This document shows positions 46,501-59,686 of a stretch of DNA of 64,000 nucleotides, in pieces. Position 1 is the stretch's first letter, and every line of letters begins with the position of its first letter. Where the stretch lies: contig NW_027266308.1 of NCBI RefSeq assembly GCF_022045235.1, positions 28,458,001 through 28,522,000 on the forward strand. Direction: 5' to 3'. This stretch comes from Haliotis cracherodii (Eukaryota). The translations under genes and the position numbers were made by a program. Below the pieces are notes generated by a model. The model did no database searches and was not told the DNA's origin. It saw only the letters and a list, made by a program, of their open reading frames with translations.

Positions 46501-49500
46501 TGCTGTTTTTTTAATGAAATGTTTATATGTTCATATATTTAGTACTGCAGCATGTGACACTTTAATAAAATAATTTTCTTCTTCTTCTTCTTCATAACTC
46601 GTAATAGCCCCTGGTGGCGCGACGATGAAGCTAAGGCATTCCAGCCTACTTCACCTTCCCGGGGCAAGGGATTAACTGACTGTGAAATTCCAGTTTCAAA
46701 CCCTTGCCTAACTAGGCTGGTATTTCTGGGCTCGATCGTAGCCTCAAACAAAATGGCGGCGGCCAATCAAGACGATCTTATCGATAATCAAAATCTATGT
46801 TGTAATAAAACCGGTCTAATTTCGCGAAATCATGTGAGATTTGGAAAATATCTGTTGGCGCCGAGTTGGCGGTACACCTGTTTTGCAGCTCGGATGTCGA
46901 TTTACGAACCGGATGTCTATTTCGTCACGCGATTTTGATTGCGGTGAGTGAGTGAGTTAAAATTTAACGTCGCATCGGTATTATTTCAGCCATATAACGA
47001 CGAGACCAAGTTAACATTTTCACAAGTTAGTTATATATGCAGAGCTATATTTAAAACAATTTATGGAACAACATATTTGAGCATACTATATTTAAAAACA
47101 AGATTTTGATTGGACTCTTTAGTCCAGCCAAAGTATAACTCCATAATTCCAGCCCAGATAGGCAAGGATGGAAATTGACTTTTGTAGTCAGTTAACTCCC
47201 TTGCCTCGGACAGATATGAAATCAAAGATGGTCGCAAAAATGGCCGACGAAAAAAATGGGACCAATGGGTTTCTTGAACCTTTGAATTAATAAAAAAACA
47301 ATCAAACTTGAGCGCAAAAACAGCAAAAGTTCAACATGCCCTATCACTATACTCTCGGGGAGTGGAAGAAAAAGACGTTAAAAGGTGGTACTTGTTGTTA
47401 CCGTGCCTGTTCGGTATTAATGGAATAAAACAAGAGTGGTCGGCTAGGAGTCCGTATACTGCGTGTTTGAGTGGGGTATCCATGTTAAACTGCGGCAGAA
47501 GTCCGCACTGGTACCAGCAGCCACATGCACGCACGTTCATGCACGTCACTATGTGAGTGACATATTCTTAAAGGCTATGTTAAACCCCATTTCACCTCAC
47601 CTATTATCATTACCATTATCACCCAAATTCTCATATTTCTCTGCTGTTCATACAGGTCGATGTACCGACAGGCCGCAGTTACACATACTCGGAGCTACAA
47701 GAGGCAGCCATCAAGGTGGCTAGCGCCATCACTCGGCTCGGCTATACTAAGGGCGACGTCATTGCCATCTTCAGCGCCAACGTTCCGGAATACTGTATAC
47801 TTATCCTGGCAGCTGCATGGTGTGGCATTGTCGTGACTCCGGCAAACCCCTCGTATACTGCAGGTGCGTCACGTGATCATCGTCCGAGAGCCAAGTGTTG
47901 AACTTTCTCCGTCCACCTGGCTATTTCCTGCCTTGAATCATTCTGCCTTATAAAATGATTAAACTGTTGAGCGATGGAGACGGTTCTCTGTTAAAGCTGT
48001 TTTTTTAATTTAACATATTTATTAAAATGTTAGATTTGATTGGGAAAAAGCACTTCTTGTTTACTGGACCAGAAATACATCATACATAATCATAATCATC
48101 ATCACAAACATAAAATCGAAAATCAAATATAGCATAAGATAAGGAGCTTAATGTCTGAATAAAATCGATGACATCATCAATTTAATGAAATCTTTGACTT
48201 GCAATAATATATTTTGAACTGCTCTATATAAAAGAACTTCATTACACTTTCCGAAAGGTATACATTGCAATATGTGAGTATGATTCCACGCCGCTTTTAG
48301 CATTATTCCAGCAATATCACGGCCAGGGACACCAGAAATGGGCTTCGCACATTGTACTCATGTGGGGAATCGAACCCGGGCCTTCGGCGCGACGAACGAA
48401 CGCTTTAACCACTGGGCTACCCCACCGCATTGTATCAATTTAATCTATTGAACTGGAAAGTGTTTGATGTGTAATTTATGTGTAATCTGGCAAGCATGTC
48501 GAACCTGGACCAGACAAACCATTACTTGATCAGTGATGGAGGTACGATCCACACCTTCGCGGGATGAGCCACAGCTTCAGGTCTTCCCTGTTGGTCATTT
48601 GTCACACTATACTATTCATACCGAGAAGCCTTATTGACCACCCGATACCCATTTAAGCTTGCTACACACACAAGGTAGTATTCTGTCACGAGCTACAGCA
48701 CTGGCATGTCTACTCTTTGCAGGTGACCACACCGTACCAATGAGTATAAACACTTTAAAAACGTATTGTGGATTTTGAGTCTTGATAAGCAATGTTGCAC
48801 GCCTCCAGGCCTCACGACCACCTACCCATTTCTTTTTTTTTGTCAGTTCGCTAAAAAATATATCCCAAATCCCACTTTGCGTTTTCAGTGTGTCCCAACC
48901 AGAATTTTCAACAATTTAATTTACATATGACTCATTTATATTGTTGTCTCTGCTGCAGGCGAGTTAGCCCGCCAGTTGGAGATGTCGAAGGCTCGGGCTG
49001 TCTTCACCATCGCCCCTCTCCTCCCAACAGTCAAAGAAGCGCTGTCATCATCACCCATCCTACAGAAAACAGTCAAAGTATGTACATGTCGTGGATGATC
49101 TAAATGTCACGGGTAAGGCCCCAACGCATGACACCAATACCTTAACACCATCAAGGTACGGATTGTATCGATACAAAGGTGGTACTAGCTTTAGCGTATA
49201 TTTTTCAAAATGGCTACTGAAAAATATTACACAGCAAGCGTGCTGTTTTTTCCCCATTTCTCTTAATAGAGACATGCCTGTTATAACACGTACCTGGTGT
49301 AAATATACTTCTTATACTCAGGAAGCTTAAGTAAGTTCAAATGTTTCTTCGTTGAACCACGTCTTACAGATGGACCTTCCCCCTTGAAACTAGAGCTGTT
49401 TGTGTATTTGACCAAGAGCCACGTGTTGGCCTGGTGCTGAAATACATAGCTTTTTATACTATCTCGTATCAGGAAAAATATTCTTTTCAAGACCCGTGGC

Positions 49501-52500
49501 ACGTGGCACACGAGTCACAAATCAAGCTAAGGGAAGTAACGTTGGTCGCGGAGAGTAGGTGGATGGATCCCGATGTTCGGCAGCTTGACTCCTGAGAGTT
49601 TCTACTGCTTCGACCCTGCCCCACACAGAAGCACATTTTCCATGCGCTGTCTGTTTAGGGAAGTGACTTTGTTCGAACTATGCGTCTGTTCACCCAGCAG
49701 TGATCATCAAGACCCTCGTTATTCAATTAAGTGTCTCATACCCTAACTCTGATTCCTCATCCCTTTGTTTATCAGGACCTGTTTGCTTTGGGTGAAGTTG
49801 AAGGTTGTCGACCCGTGTCGGAACTCATGAAGGACGACGGGGCAGCGTTGCCTCAAAACGTCAACGTCAACCCCAAGGACGACGTGCTCTTACTCCCCTT
49901 TTCAAGTGGCACCACTGGCCTTCCTAAAGGCGTCATGTTGACGCACCACAACTGTGTAGCCAACCTCAAGCAGATCAGGTGTGTACGGATGTGCGTGTGC
50001 GTGCGTGTATGCAATGTGTATACACGTATAGGTGTCGTTTTTTACATAACTTTAACAAAATATACGATAGTTCCGGCAGTTTCGATTTAGCTGGCATAGA
50101 GTATTAACTGAACCTATGTATGGAAACATAAACAATGTAACATAAATGCAATCGGAATGAATCCAATTTTGTCTTTGTTTGTGACTATACATGAAGTAAA
50201 TAAATAAGTCGGCAGCTTAATGGCAGTATTGATACCGATAATTTGTTCGTTCGTTCATTCATATAGGCGTTGAACACATGATCAACCTTCCTGTAATATC
50301 GTTATGAACTGATTATTTCTACAGTTACAATGTATGCCAGATACTAGTTCACCATTGGCTAAACTGCCAACAAAGGTTGCTTTATCCCTTCATATCACAG
50401 TGGGTTTTCACATACGAATGTACGAATGTTGGGGAATCCAACCCCGCCGTCTCTGTGGTCGACAAAAAAACAGGATCAGATACAATATCTATTACGGTAT
50501 GGGGGGTGGGGGGCCTTTCCTTGTCGAGTTATTACTTCTTCATAGAGCATTATTATCGGCATACGATTTGGAGGAACGTATATTAAATTGGTATAAATCT
50601 ATTATACTTTCTTGCAGAAAACCACTGACGGTAGACCAAGGCAACGACAACTTCATAGGCGTGCTGCCATTTTATCACATATACGGCATGATACCCGTCC
50701 AGTTTGGCGCGCTGCAAGATGGTGCCACTCTCTACACAATGCCTCGTTTTGACCCTGAAATGTTCCTGACGACACTACAAAAACACAAGGTACAACAACA
50801 ATGAATTAAGTTCTTACGCAGCGGAATAGCCTTAACCCTTTCGTCTAAAAGACCCCGTGCATGTGAACAGATAGGTCCAAAGTACTCCTTTCATGATACC
50901 CCAGACAGCATGGATTATAGTACCTGTTCCAACATATAGCGTTAAAAACAACATTAACATTTTCCAAGAGAAATATATAGCTTCATATTCCACTAGAGGA
51001 TGAGATATTAGTATCTAAAGTAAGAGAACAAATGTTCAAACTAAATAAACCCTGGCATCTCATATCGAGGTCCACAGGTTGAAACGTTCCTGAAGCTTGA
51101 ACAACATAATCCGCGCTTGAACATCATAATCCGTTCAATTTCCTTACGACCTAAGTTAAAGGACCCCTCTCCGAAACGTGTATTATGTGTACCCTATCAT
51201 GCACCCTTTTTATTAAAGGAGGACTTTGCTCGGGCAAACCATTCAAGGTATAAAACTGACATGTCCATTATTCCACAGATTAGTATTCTTCACGTGGTGC
51301 CTCCCATAGTTCTCTTCCTTGCCAAACATCCGGTTGTCTCAAAGTTTGACCTTTCCAACCTGAAGTATGTCATTTGTGGAGCCGCTCCGCTTGGAGAAGG
51401 TTTGACAAGCGAGTTCCAGAACAGGTTGAAGGCCCCTGTGTATCAAGGTGAGTTGTCTTCCGGTAATGGCATCGCCGACACGAGACAGTTGCCCAGTTTG
51501 ACACGGTGTTCTGGCGTGCGCGAGATTTGGGCACAGGTGCGTGATGCAGTCACTCTTTAGCAAAGTTATCTTTGAATAAATTCCAAATATACGTGCTTAT
51601 GTTGCTGTTCAATTTCCTTGGTAGTTCGTTGCATCTTATCAACGCATCTCAATCGATTTATCACATTTGAAAAGAAGAACCTGATCAATAGTTGCAGTAA
51701 CCTTGTATGAAACTACTTGCCTGTGACTTACATCATAAGTCTCCCGTGTTTCGTTTTCGGGGTAGGCCAAACTTGACACGATGACGAGACATTTCAACTC
51801 CCCTTAACTGAATGAAATAATATGAGGGGAACCTAGAATTAAAAATATTGGTCACCTTTGCCTTAAACGTGCTAACTGCACATGTTTGCGTCAAACTTTC
51901 ACCCCCCCCCCCGTGTCTTTTACATGTTAACTGTATATGTTTGCTCGTGGGTACAATGTGTGAAGCCCATTTCCGGTGTACCCCGCCATGATATTACTTG
52001 AATATTGCTAAAAGCGGCATAAAACAATACTCACTCACGCACTCAAACGTGTCGGCCACTTTTGTCATTAACGAGTTAACTGTATATTTCAGGGTACGGC
52101 TTGACGGAGGCATCCCCTGTGATCAACGTTGATACTGCACCAGGTCAACCCGGGTCTATTGGCCACGTGGTCCCCAACACCACTGTGAAGGTAAGACATT
52201 GCCCTGCATTCACCTGTATGTGAATCGATTCGGAGTGGTCCGGAAATGAGATAGAGCAGCAGTACAACTCAAACATGCCTTTTTTTCTGGTGGAATGAGC
52301 GAGTTTGATTTAAGGCGGCTTTGAAGAGTCTCAGTTAAATCACGGCGTGTGGGTTAAGTGGGAGAAAAGACCAAAGTGATGCACGTCTTGGACGTTTTCA
52401 CTTTGATGAAGGGTATGGTGATGACAAACCAAGAATCAAAATCAGGGCGAATATTTGATTCGAACCAACGGTCATAGGATTCTGGCGCGCATAAGGGAAG

Positions 52501-55286
52501 TAACTCTGCACTCCGGATGGTGTTGTCTTATATGTATGGATAATCAGTGCCTCTGCTGTTTTGCAATACATGTTATAAATGATTATTTCGTTAAAACAGA
52601 TACATTGAAGGCGTTTGGTATTTCTGTGAAGTATCAGAGAGCCACTGGTACAGATATAACAATAATTACGTTTTTACCATTTACCGAATTTCCATCTTGT
52701 CCATGGCCGAGGCTGCATATCAACAGTCTGTTGACGTCCTTGCAAGACCCACTTCATCTAAGGCCGTTCATTGTAAACTCACTCTGACAATGGCTTATAT
52801 TAATTCTATACTAAGATTTTTTTTATGTATACCTTCCATTTACGTAAATTGTTTATGAGCTACAGCATTATATATCCTTGACCCCCGAGCTCTATGTTTC
52901 ATTGAACATTCAAATGTGCCAAGTATTGTTATGATAGTCAAACTAAATATTTGCCCGTTGAAAGCTTTCCGCCCGATGAGCTAATTGTACAACACATTCG
53001 CCGTTTAGATCCCTGACACAGTAACATTATTCAATTCATTTTGTATCACCCACATGTAACATTGTGTATGTCACATTTCATAAAGGAATGTTGATAATTG
53101 TTTAGTTACAAATGAAATGTTTAAGAGATTTCGAATGATTCTTTAAAAATCTAATCAAGTACTTAGATTTTAGAGAATTGTTAAATCGTGAATTATTTGA
53201 TAGGTATTACTTAGTTGATGGATGACAACGTGGAGACAATTTATGGATAAGGATCGTACCGAAACGTCCCCTTTACAGTAAATAAAGAAGTTGTTATCTA
53301 AACTGTCTCTACTTTGTTATGTTAAATAATGTCTTTATCATCCACGAATATTTGAAAAAGAAATAATCAAAATCTCATTAAATTAAGATCTTTTACTCTG
53401 TCCAAATTATTTCGAAATATTGAAAAAAAAATCACAAATTACCGTAAATCCTTGAATACACGTCTGCCTTGAATAAACGACTGGATATTCAATGACCTGA
53501 TGAAATAAACTGGGCGTTCATTCAAGGATTTACGGTAGCCGTACTGACTGGCTAGTTCACGGGAGCATTGCAAGGTGACTTTAACTTGTCTTTCCTCTGC
53601 TCAAAGATCCAGTGTCCGGAAACAGGCAAAACTCTGGGCAAAGGCGAGCTAGGCGAATACTGTGCGAAAGGCCCGCAGATGATGAAGGGCTACCTGAACG
53701 ACCCTGACTCCACCGCGGCCATGTTGGACAAGGACGGGTGGCTGCACACGGGGGATCTCGGGTACTTGCAGGAGGATGGTCGGGTGGTTATCGAGGACAG
53801 ACTCAAGGAACTTATAAAATACAAGGGCTTCCAGGTGAGGTAGCATTCATCGTCACCACTCGCCCTTTTCCGTAACAATGACATATACAGCGACATGCAA
53901 GTCGCTATCGGTTTGTCCCGAAATGACACGAGCAGTCACGAAAGGGGATCAGACTTTTGTGTGCACTCGGCTGTTTGTACTAGTCCGGACTGATGCCGAT
54001 TTATAGTGCTAGAACACTGAGATACCATGCCGCAGTTTAACATGAATACCCCACTCAGACACAGTATACTGACTCCGAGCCGACCAGTCCTTGTTTTAGC
54101 CCCTTAATGCCGAGCGCCAGACTGGGTAACAACAAGAACCATCTTTTAACGTCTTTTGGTAGGACGCGGCCGGGGATCGAACCCCGGACCTTCCGCTCTA
54201 TGGGCGGACGCTCTACCACTAGACCTAGGAGGCGGTCTTACGATATGAGACCTCGTACAGGAGTGGAGGTATTTTGCATTATTTCACAGTAAACCGCATA
54301 TTGTCTTATTTCCTCACATATAGTACGTACTAAATGACGGCCTTTACTCCATGGTTAATAGACATGTTGTATACAATTTGATATCGAACTAAATTAAAGC
54401 GTCACATGATGGAGGTCAGGCTCGCCGACTTGGTTAATTTCATGTCATCGTTTCCCAATTGTGTGGATCGATGCTAATGATGTCAATCACTGGTTTGTCT
54501 GGTCCACACTCGATTATTGACAGACCAACGTCATATGGCTTGACTGGTAGAGTGTTGCGTTAAACAATAAACATAAAAACAGAACAAAAACTTATTTGGA
54601 ATACTTCTGCAGGTGCCCCCAGCGGAACTAGAAGCGTTTCTACTGACCCACCCAGGCGTGCAGGATGTGGGGGTGATTGGTGTGCCAAAGGAGGGGGTAG
54701 GGGAGCTCCCCCGCGCATACGTCGTCAAGAAGCCAGACTCTTCTGTTAGCAAGGAGGAAATTGCCAAATTTGTTGAAGGTAAGCAATAATTTATTATTTT
54801 GAAGGTAATACCGCAATTATAATACTGTTACTTGAACTTCCACCAACATACAAATACTAACTAAACGCCCATCGCAAATGCTTTTCTTACCACAATTAAG
54901 AGCACCAACTTTCGGCAGTGTTGACATAAAAAACGTTAGACATCCTTAAAACAGATCCCCCATCTGATGTTTTCTTAGCACAGTTGCGCATTCCCGTAAG
55001 AAGTAATGAATAATTATCATATTCGTTCAAAAAACACTTTTTAAAAAAAAGATTGATTACTCACTTATAAACAATATTTAATGAAAGAACACATATTTTT
55101 ATAAACATAATATAAAATAGAGAGCGATGAAACCCATCAAAGATAATGTAAACTGTTTATCTTCCCTCAGACAATATGGCGTCGTACAAGAGCTTACGAG
55201 GAGGCGTGGAGTTCATCGAGGAGATTCCGAAATCCCCCAGCGGGAAAATTCTCAGGCGCGTGTTGAAGGATAATCTCTCGAGGTAG
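43588..55286 (+). CDS. 4-coumarate--CoA ligase-like / firefly-luciferase-like acyl-CoA synthetase (ANL superfamily), 589 aa; exons 43588-43878, 47656-47863, 48959-49077, 49776-49978, 50618-50789, 51279-51447, 52093-52190, 53607-53834, 54613-54778, 55171-55286
   Basis: Ten exons, all GT-AG, in frame (1770 nt including TAG). Motifs: P-loop [80 protein letters not shown], and the catalytic Lys in [12 protein letters not shown]. Confidence 0.93.
44561..44880 (+). mobile_element. MITE family C, one-ended fragment
   Basis: CATCTTCTCGAGGCAAGGGAGTTAACTG TIR followed by internal sequence. Confidence 0.7.
45301..45563 (-). mobile_element. SINE family B
   Basis: Reverse-complement match including the duplicated module. 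Confidence 0.8.
46652..47215 (-). mobile_element. MITE family C containing a 160-bp retroposed insert (46942-47101)
   Basis: Both TIRs are recognisable; the insert is flanked by an 11-bp GATTTTGATTG duplication. Confidence 0.7.
47370..47602 (+). mobile_element. SINE family E, 5' truncated
   Basis: Centre and tail match. Confidence 0.7.
48275..48428 (-). mobile_element. SINE family A
   Basis: Reverse-complement match to 30027-30192. Confidence 0.8.
53440..53537. mobile_element. Short pogo/Tigger-like MITE
   Basis: TACCGTAAATCCTTGAAT ... ATTCAAGGATTTACGGTA. Confidence 0.6.
53955..54237 (-). mobile_element. SINE family E
   Basis: Reverse-complement match with intact A and B boxes. Confidence 0.8.
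54414..54570 (+). mobile_element. SINE family B, 3' half
   Basis: GGTCAGGCTCGCCGACTTGG...GCGTTAAACAA. Confidence 0.7.
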
Positions 55287-55686
55287 ACTGACGGACAGAT
55301 CTCAACATAACATTTCCTGAACGTTGTTGTACCTTTAGTTGACATACCAACGGCACCAACGTCAAACGTTGGATGGAGTCTTGCACTGAAACGAGAGACC
55401 TTTTGAAGAGGATTTTAATATCATCGTCGGCGATGACAATGTTTGTATGCAACCACCACGTTAAGATGTGGTTGTTAGCACGGGCGTTGGTGTGTTAGTA
55501 TATTTTAGTGTTGGAGATACTTGGTGTCTTGGTACAAGTGTTCGTTTCAACTCTTTCAGTCTGCTTGTTCAGCCTAGCTGATATACACAATGACGTATAA
55601 CATTCATATATGTTATATATTATAGCACCTTTTTATCTGTGTCGGTACTTGGTACTGTTTTAGTATAGAAACACTTTGGACTCAAG

Positions 55687-55692
55687 AATAAA
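55687..55692 (+). terminator. Candidate polyadenylation signal of the 4CL-like gene (alternative at 56453)
   Basis: AATAAA about 400 bp after the stop codon. Confidence 0.35.
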
Positions 55693-56496
55693 CAAGTCCT
55701 TACTCAACGGAAAATGGTCTTGCCAGTATTATCAAGTCAGTAGGCCGACATTTCGATCATTCGTGACCAACTCGGGCAGGTTACGGAAAAGGGCGAGTGG
55801 TGACGAATGAATTTCGATGCCACTGTACGCTGCTACGCAGTGGAAGCTTATATTTTACAGGCGCTTCATATATTCAGTTTGATACTTCTAAAATACAGGT
55901 GTTTTCAATGTGTTCCTTCATAATAACATGGTGTATTCTGGTAGTAATCTAGATCTACGATCAAGATAACATATCTCAGGGGTCTATTATAAGGCATATT
56001 TTAGTGGTTGTATGTATTGTGTGCGGCGAGAAGCGAAAACACATTAGACAACGCTCTTAATGCCACACTGCTGGACAAGAGAACGTTACACCTCTGTTTG
56101 ATGGTGACTAAAGATGAAACAAACAAGAAATGGTTATTCGATTGTGACGTGTCTGAAACGGGTATCATTGTTGTGTTTTTGGACCTTAAGTTTGCAGTGG
56201 ATCAGCGACTGTTTTCAATTTTTTTAACGTTGTAATGTTTTGGTCAAATCCAATTTAATGTGTATACTTTCTTTAACCTGGTAGTTTAAATGTGATATCA
56301 TTTTTAATTCCATTCTTATAGTTAATAACGGCGTTCTAAAATTTAACCTGACAGTTTTATCATGTTTCTTGTATTGTTACATGTTGTATTATGATATATA
56401 GAGATGTCAGTATAACGTTAAGAGGCAAACTACAATGAAGTTGATTTTAAGTAATAAACTTTACATCGTTTCCAAACGTCTGTTGTCTCGTGTGGT

Positions 56497-56900
56497 GCCA
56501 ATCTCATTAAAATCTGACCTTAATGATGGCACAGATATGAGGGCATCCCATTACAGGTCACACCTGAACGTCCTCTCAGGAAGTCTGACCGACCATTGAG
56601 ATATCTAACAGGAAATCGACAATAGCCAATCAGAAAGAAGCTTTCTCGAGTTTACGGCACTTGAGTCAAACTGGCGACTTCCATTCCAGACTACGCTTTC
56701 AAAAATATTTGGACAAAGTTCTCGATTCAAAATTTGAAAACTTAATAAAATAAAATTCTTGAATGTCTATTTCGCCGAAACTGTATTGCAATACTTCCCG
56801 GGGGCTATGGAACGTCTCTTCCATTTCAAATGTTTATCTCATTGAAGCAAGAGATTGACGATGATTTTGAAGGAATCAGTCGAACAGCCCGTAATTGTCG
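56497..56900 (+). repeat. Unclassified dispersed repeat of about 400 bp, copy 1
   Basis: CAATCTCATTAAAATC ... GGAATCAGTCG also occurs at 63611-64000. Confidence 0.65.
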
Positions 56901-57131
56901 TTCAGAATGCCTCATGTTAACCTTTTCAAGGTTGCATGATTAGACCTCCGTGATATTGCTGGAATATTCCTAAAAGCGGCAATAAACCATACTCATTCAC
57001 TGCATGATTAGAAAACACATTCTGACTTTCACTTCGCGATCTCGAAAGCAACTTATTGATTGGACGGATGAAAGGTCGTTCTGACGTGACCTCAGCCTGG
57101 TTCCCAGGGTAAAAAGCTTCAGCCATTGTAC

Positions 57132-57136
<5 letters not shown>

Positions 57137-57165
<29 letters not shown>
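57137..57165. repeat. (GA)n microsatellite
   Basis: Read directly from the sequence. Confidence 0.9.
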
Positions 57166-57169
<4 letters not shown>

Positions 57170-57629
57170 GGCCTACGAGAAACTAGGTATAAAATCATAG
57201 ACACATATACAGGCACACTTACGAACATGCGTACATGCATATCCTCATCGACACTGAACATAAACATTACAAGTCTAATATTATTCACAAGCAAAAATTC
57301 TACTATTCGCAAGCATGATGGCATGCATGTAGAAAAGCGCACACAGAATTAAATGATTGTCAAGCGCCTTTGGAACATTTGATCAATTAATTGACAAAGA
57401 GACCCTGGTGTAGGTAGTGTCAAGATGGCTTGAACCCTCTATTACATCGTTGTAACCCAAGTATGGCTAGTTTGAGATTGCTTCATTTTTGGAAACATTC
57501 TTCGACCCCAGACATTCTTTTGGTACCTTCAATGAATCGCCGATGGTCTGGTGTAATGTTTCCAGATGTGCCCAGATGTTCTGGATAGGCGTGTGTGTGT
57601 CTGGAGACGAAATATTAAAGGTGGCTCTG

Positions 57630-58010
57630 TAATTATATGGACCGGGGTGTCTTTGACTGCCAGAACGCCACTGCATATTGTCCATGGAAGGACCACTGGA
57701 TAGTACTACCGAGACATCATCCTGGCGCCAATAGTTGCGCCCGACTGGTCCACGTTTTTTTCTTTCAAGACAATAACGCTCGTACTCACCGTGCACGCAT
57801 TGCAAATGGGCAAAACATCACCAGAATGCAAAGGTTAGCGCGTCTGGGACATGATCGGGAGACGTGTACGCCGACGTGAAAGGTCACCCGCTACGTTTGC
57901 CGAACTGAGCCAGGCGCTGCAAGATGGTTGGGCAAGACTCCCCCAAACTGTCATTTGGAAATTGATTCAGTATAAACGAATGTTTGACCAATGGTGGGCG
58001 CATGACCCGT
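57630..58010 (+). mobile_element. Decayed Tc1-family transposase remnant (C-terminal DDE region)
   Basis: Frameshifted peptides FFQDNNARTHRARI (compare Tc1 FQQDNAxxH), WDMIGRRV and ELSQALQDGWARLPQTVIWKLI. Confidence 0.65.
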
Positions 58011-58313
58011 AGTTGATCACGTCATCTCAAACGTTTAATTTTTTATTGCACTCCCCTGTCCTCTTTCTTGGTTGTTTGCATCCATACAATACACCTCCAA
58101 CATGTTCTGTTGATTGCCAGGTTATACCTAGTCATAATAGTCATTCCTTTTCTGATCCATCCACTACCATCTCTCGATAACACTTTGTATTTCCGTAATC
58201 TTCTGTTATTTTTGATTAACCCCTACTTTTTTGAGATTATATATCGTATAGATGCAACATATCCCATCTGTACTGGTCCGGTTATTCATATATAGTATAG
58301 GTGAAGGACAAGT

Positions 58314-58845
58314 CATCTTCCCGAGGCAAGGGAGTTAACTGACTGTAAAAGTCCAGTTTCCACCCTTGCCGAACTATGCTACAATTTCTTGGCTCGATCG
58401 TAGCGCCATCGGTTGCTGATACGACTTATGTCCCTTCTATGTACCTCCTTTTGACCTATCAGATTCCATCCCTCATATGACTTGCATTTACTTTTGCGGC
58501 GCCCATTCAAGACGATCTGATAGTAATCGAAATCTATGTTGTGATAAAACGGGTCTTATTCCGCGAAGTGCATCAAACAAGTGAGCACCTTGATTACAAA
58601 CATGAAAGGATTTGGAAAATATCTGTTGACGCCGAGATGGTAGTATACACGTTTTGTAAATCCTGCAATCGACCGAAATCTGCACGCAGTTTACGAACCG
58701 GATGTGGATATCGTTACGCGATTTTGATTGGACTATGCATACACTCGTTAGTCCAGCCAAATATATAACTCCATAATTCCATCCTAGTTCGGCTAGGGTG
58801 GAAATTGGACTTTTAGTCAGTTAACTCCCTTGCCTTGGGAAGATG
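58314..58845 (-). mobile_element. MITE family C, full length
   Basis: CATCTTCCCGAGGCAAGGGAG ... CTCCCTTGCCTTGGGAAGATG. Confidence 0.85.
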
Positions 58846-59686
58846 GCGCAAGGTATCGTGGCTCTAAATATTCAGCGTCATTATTGAAGGGTCACCTTGG
58901 TAAGTAGGGTGCCTAACATGAAGATATGCCATCAAGCGTCAATTGGTCAGAGTATATGATGGTTAAAAACTGCTACTACACACGTCTGAACGCACCAGTG
59001 GTTTAGTACATGCACGTGCATTTCCTGACAAGTAACAGTCAATGTGGGTATAAAATGGTTCTACCATACAAATGAATTGCGCCCTTGGAAGTTGTAAATG
59101 CGACCTTATTTGAGTACCTGTGTGACCCCTTAATAATGACATTGAGTAGGCTATAGCTGCCAGATACCCATCCTGTAGTTATTATATATTGCAACGTCAT
59201 TGTTTTCTGCGGACGTTGGTTGTGCCATATCATATTATTACCTATAGCTTGATTGTAGCGCTGCAACGGTTATGCCATATTATCGATTGAAGTCTTCGTG
59301 AGACCAACCTGTCTTGTACAGACAATTGTGGATTGTATCTGAAACTAACATCTAGTCTGATCTCAAGATCTGACTCTTAAAATCTGACCTTTGCACACCG
59401 ATAACATTAAGACCAGAAATATCCGTTTTATTCTCACAACCAAGCTAAAGTCGTCTGCTCCACTACAGATTAGAGATAGTCGGTGGAAATAGCAGCTAAT
59501 TTTAACTCGGTCTCAGAGGTGAGGAGAAGATAGAAACATGTCACCATGGTTTCAAGTGTAAAGTTATCTGCCAAGGTCCACGCACTATCAACCGTGTTTG
59601 TTTTAGAACAGAGACAGCGTCACACTCCCTTGTTTCGCCCCTGTGCTTCAGTGGCGAGTCTCTCACACCGGGGTAGAGGCTGCAAC

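Noticed and set aside
43588-55286. Calling the enzyme a true luciferase, or a horizontally acquired plant 4CL
   Set aside because: 4CL-like ANL genes are widespread in invertebrates, the gene has nine ordinary introns, and activity cannot be read from motifs alone.
55284-55310. Stop-codon readthrough creating a cryptic PTS1 on the 4CL-like enzyme
   Set aside because: TAG-ACT is not a readthrough context, and the extension (TDGQIST) is not PTS1-like.
59546-59686. Longer N-terminus for paralog 2 from ATG 59546
   Set aside because: This ATG probably lies in a short 5'UTR intron (gag|gtgagg ... gttttag), and ATG 59687 aligns with the paralog 1 start. Not fully excluded.
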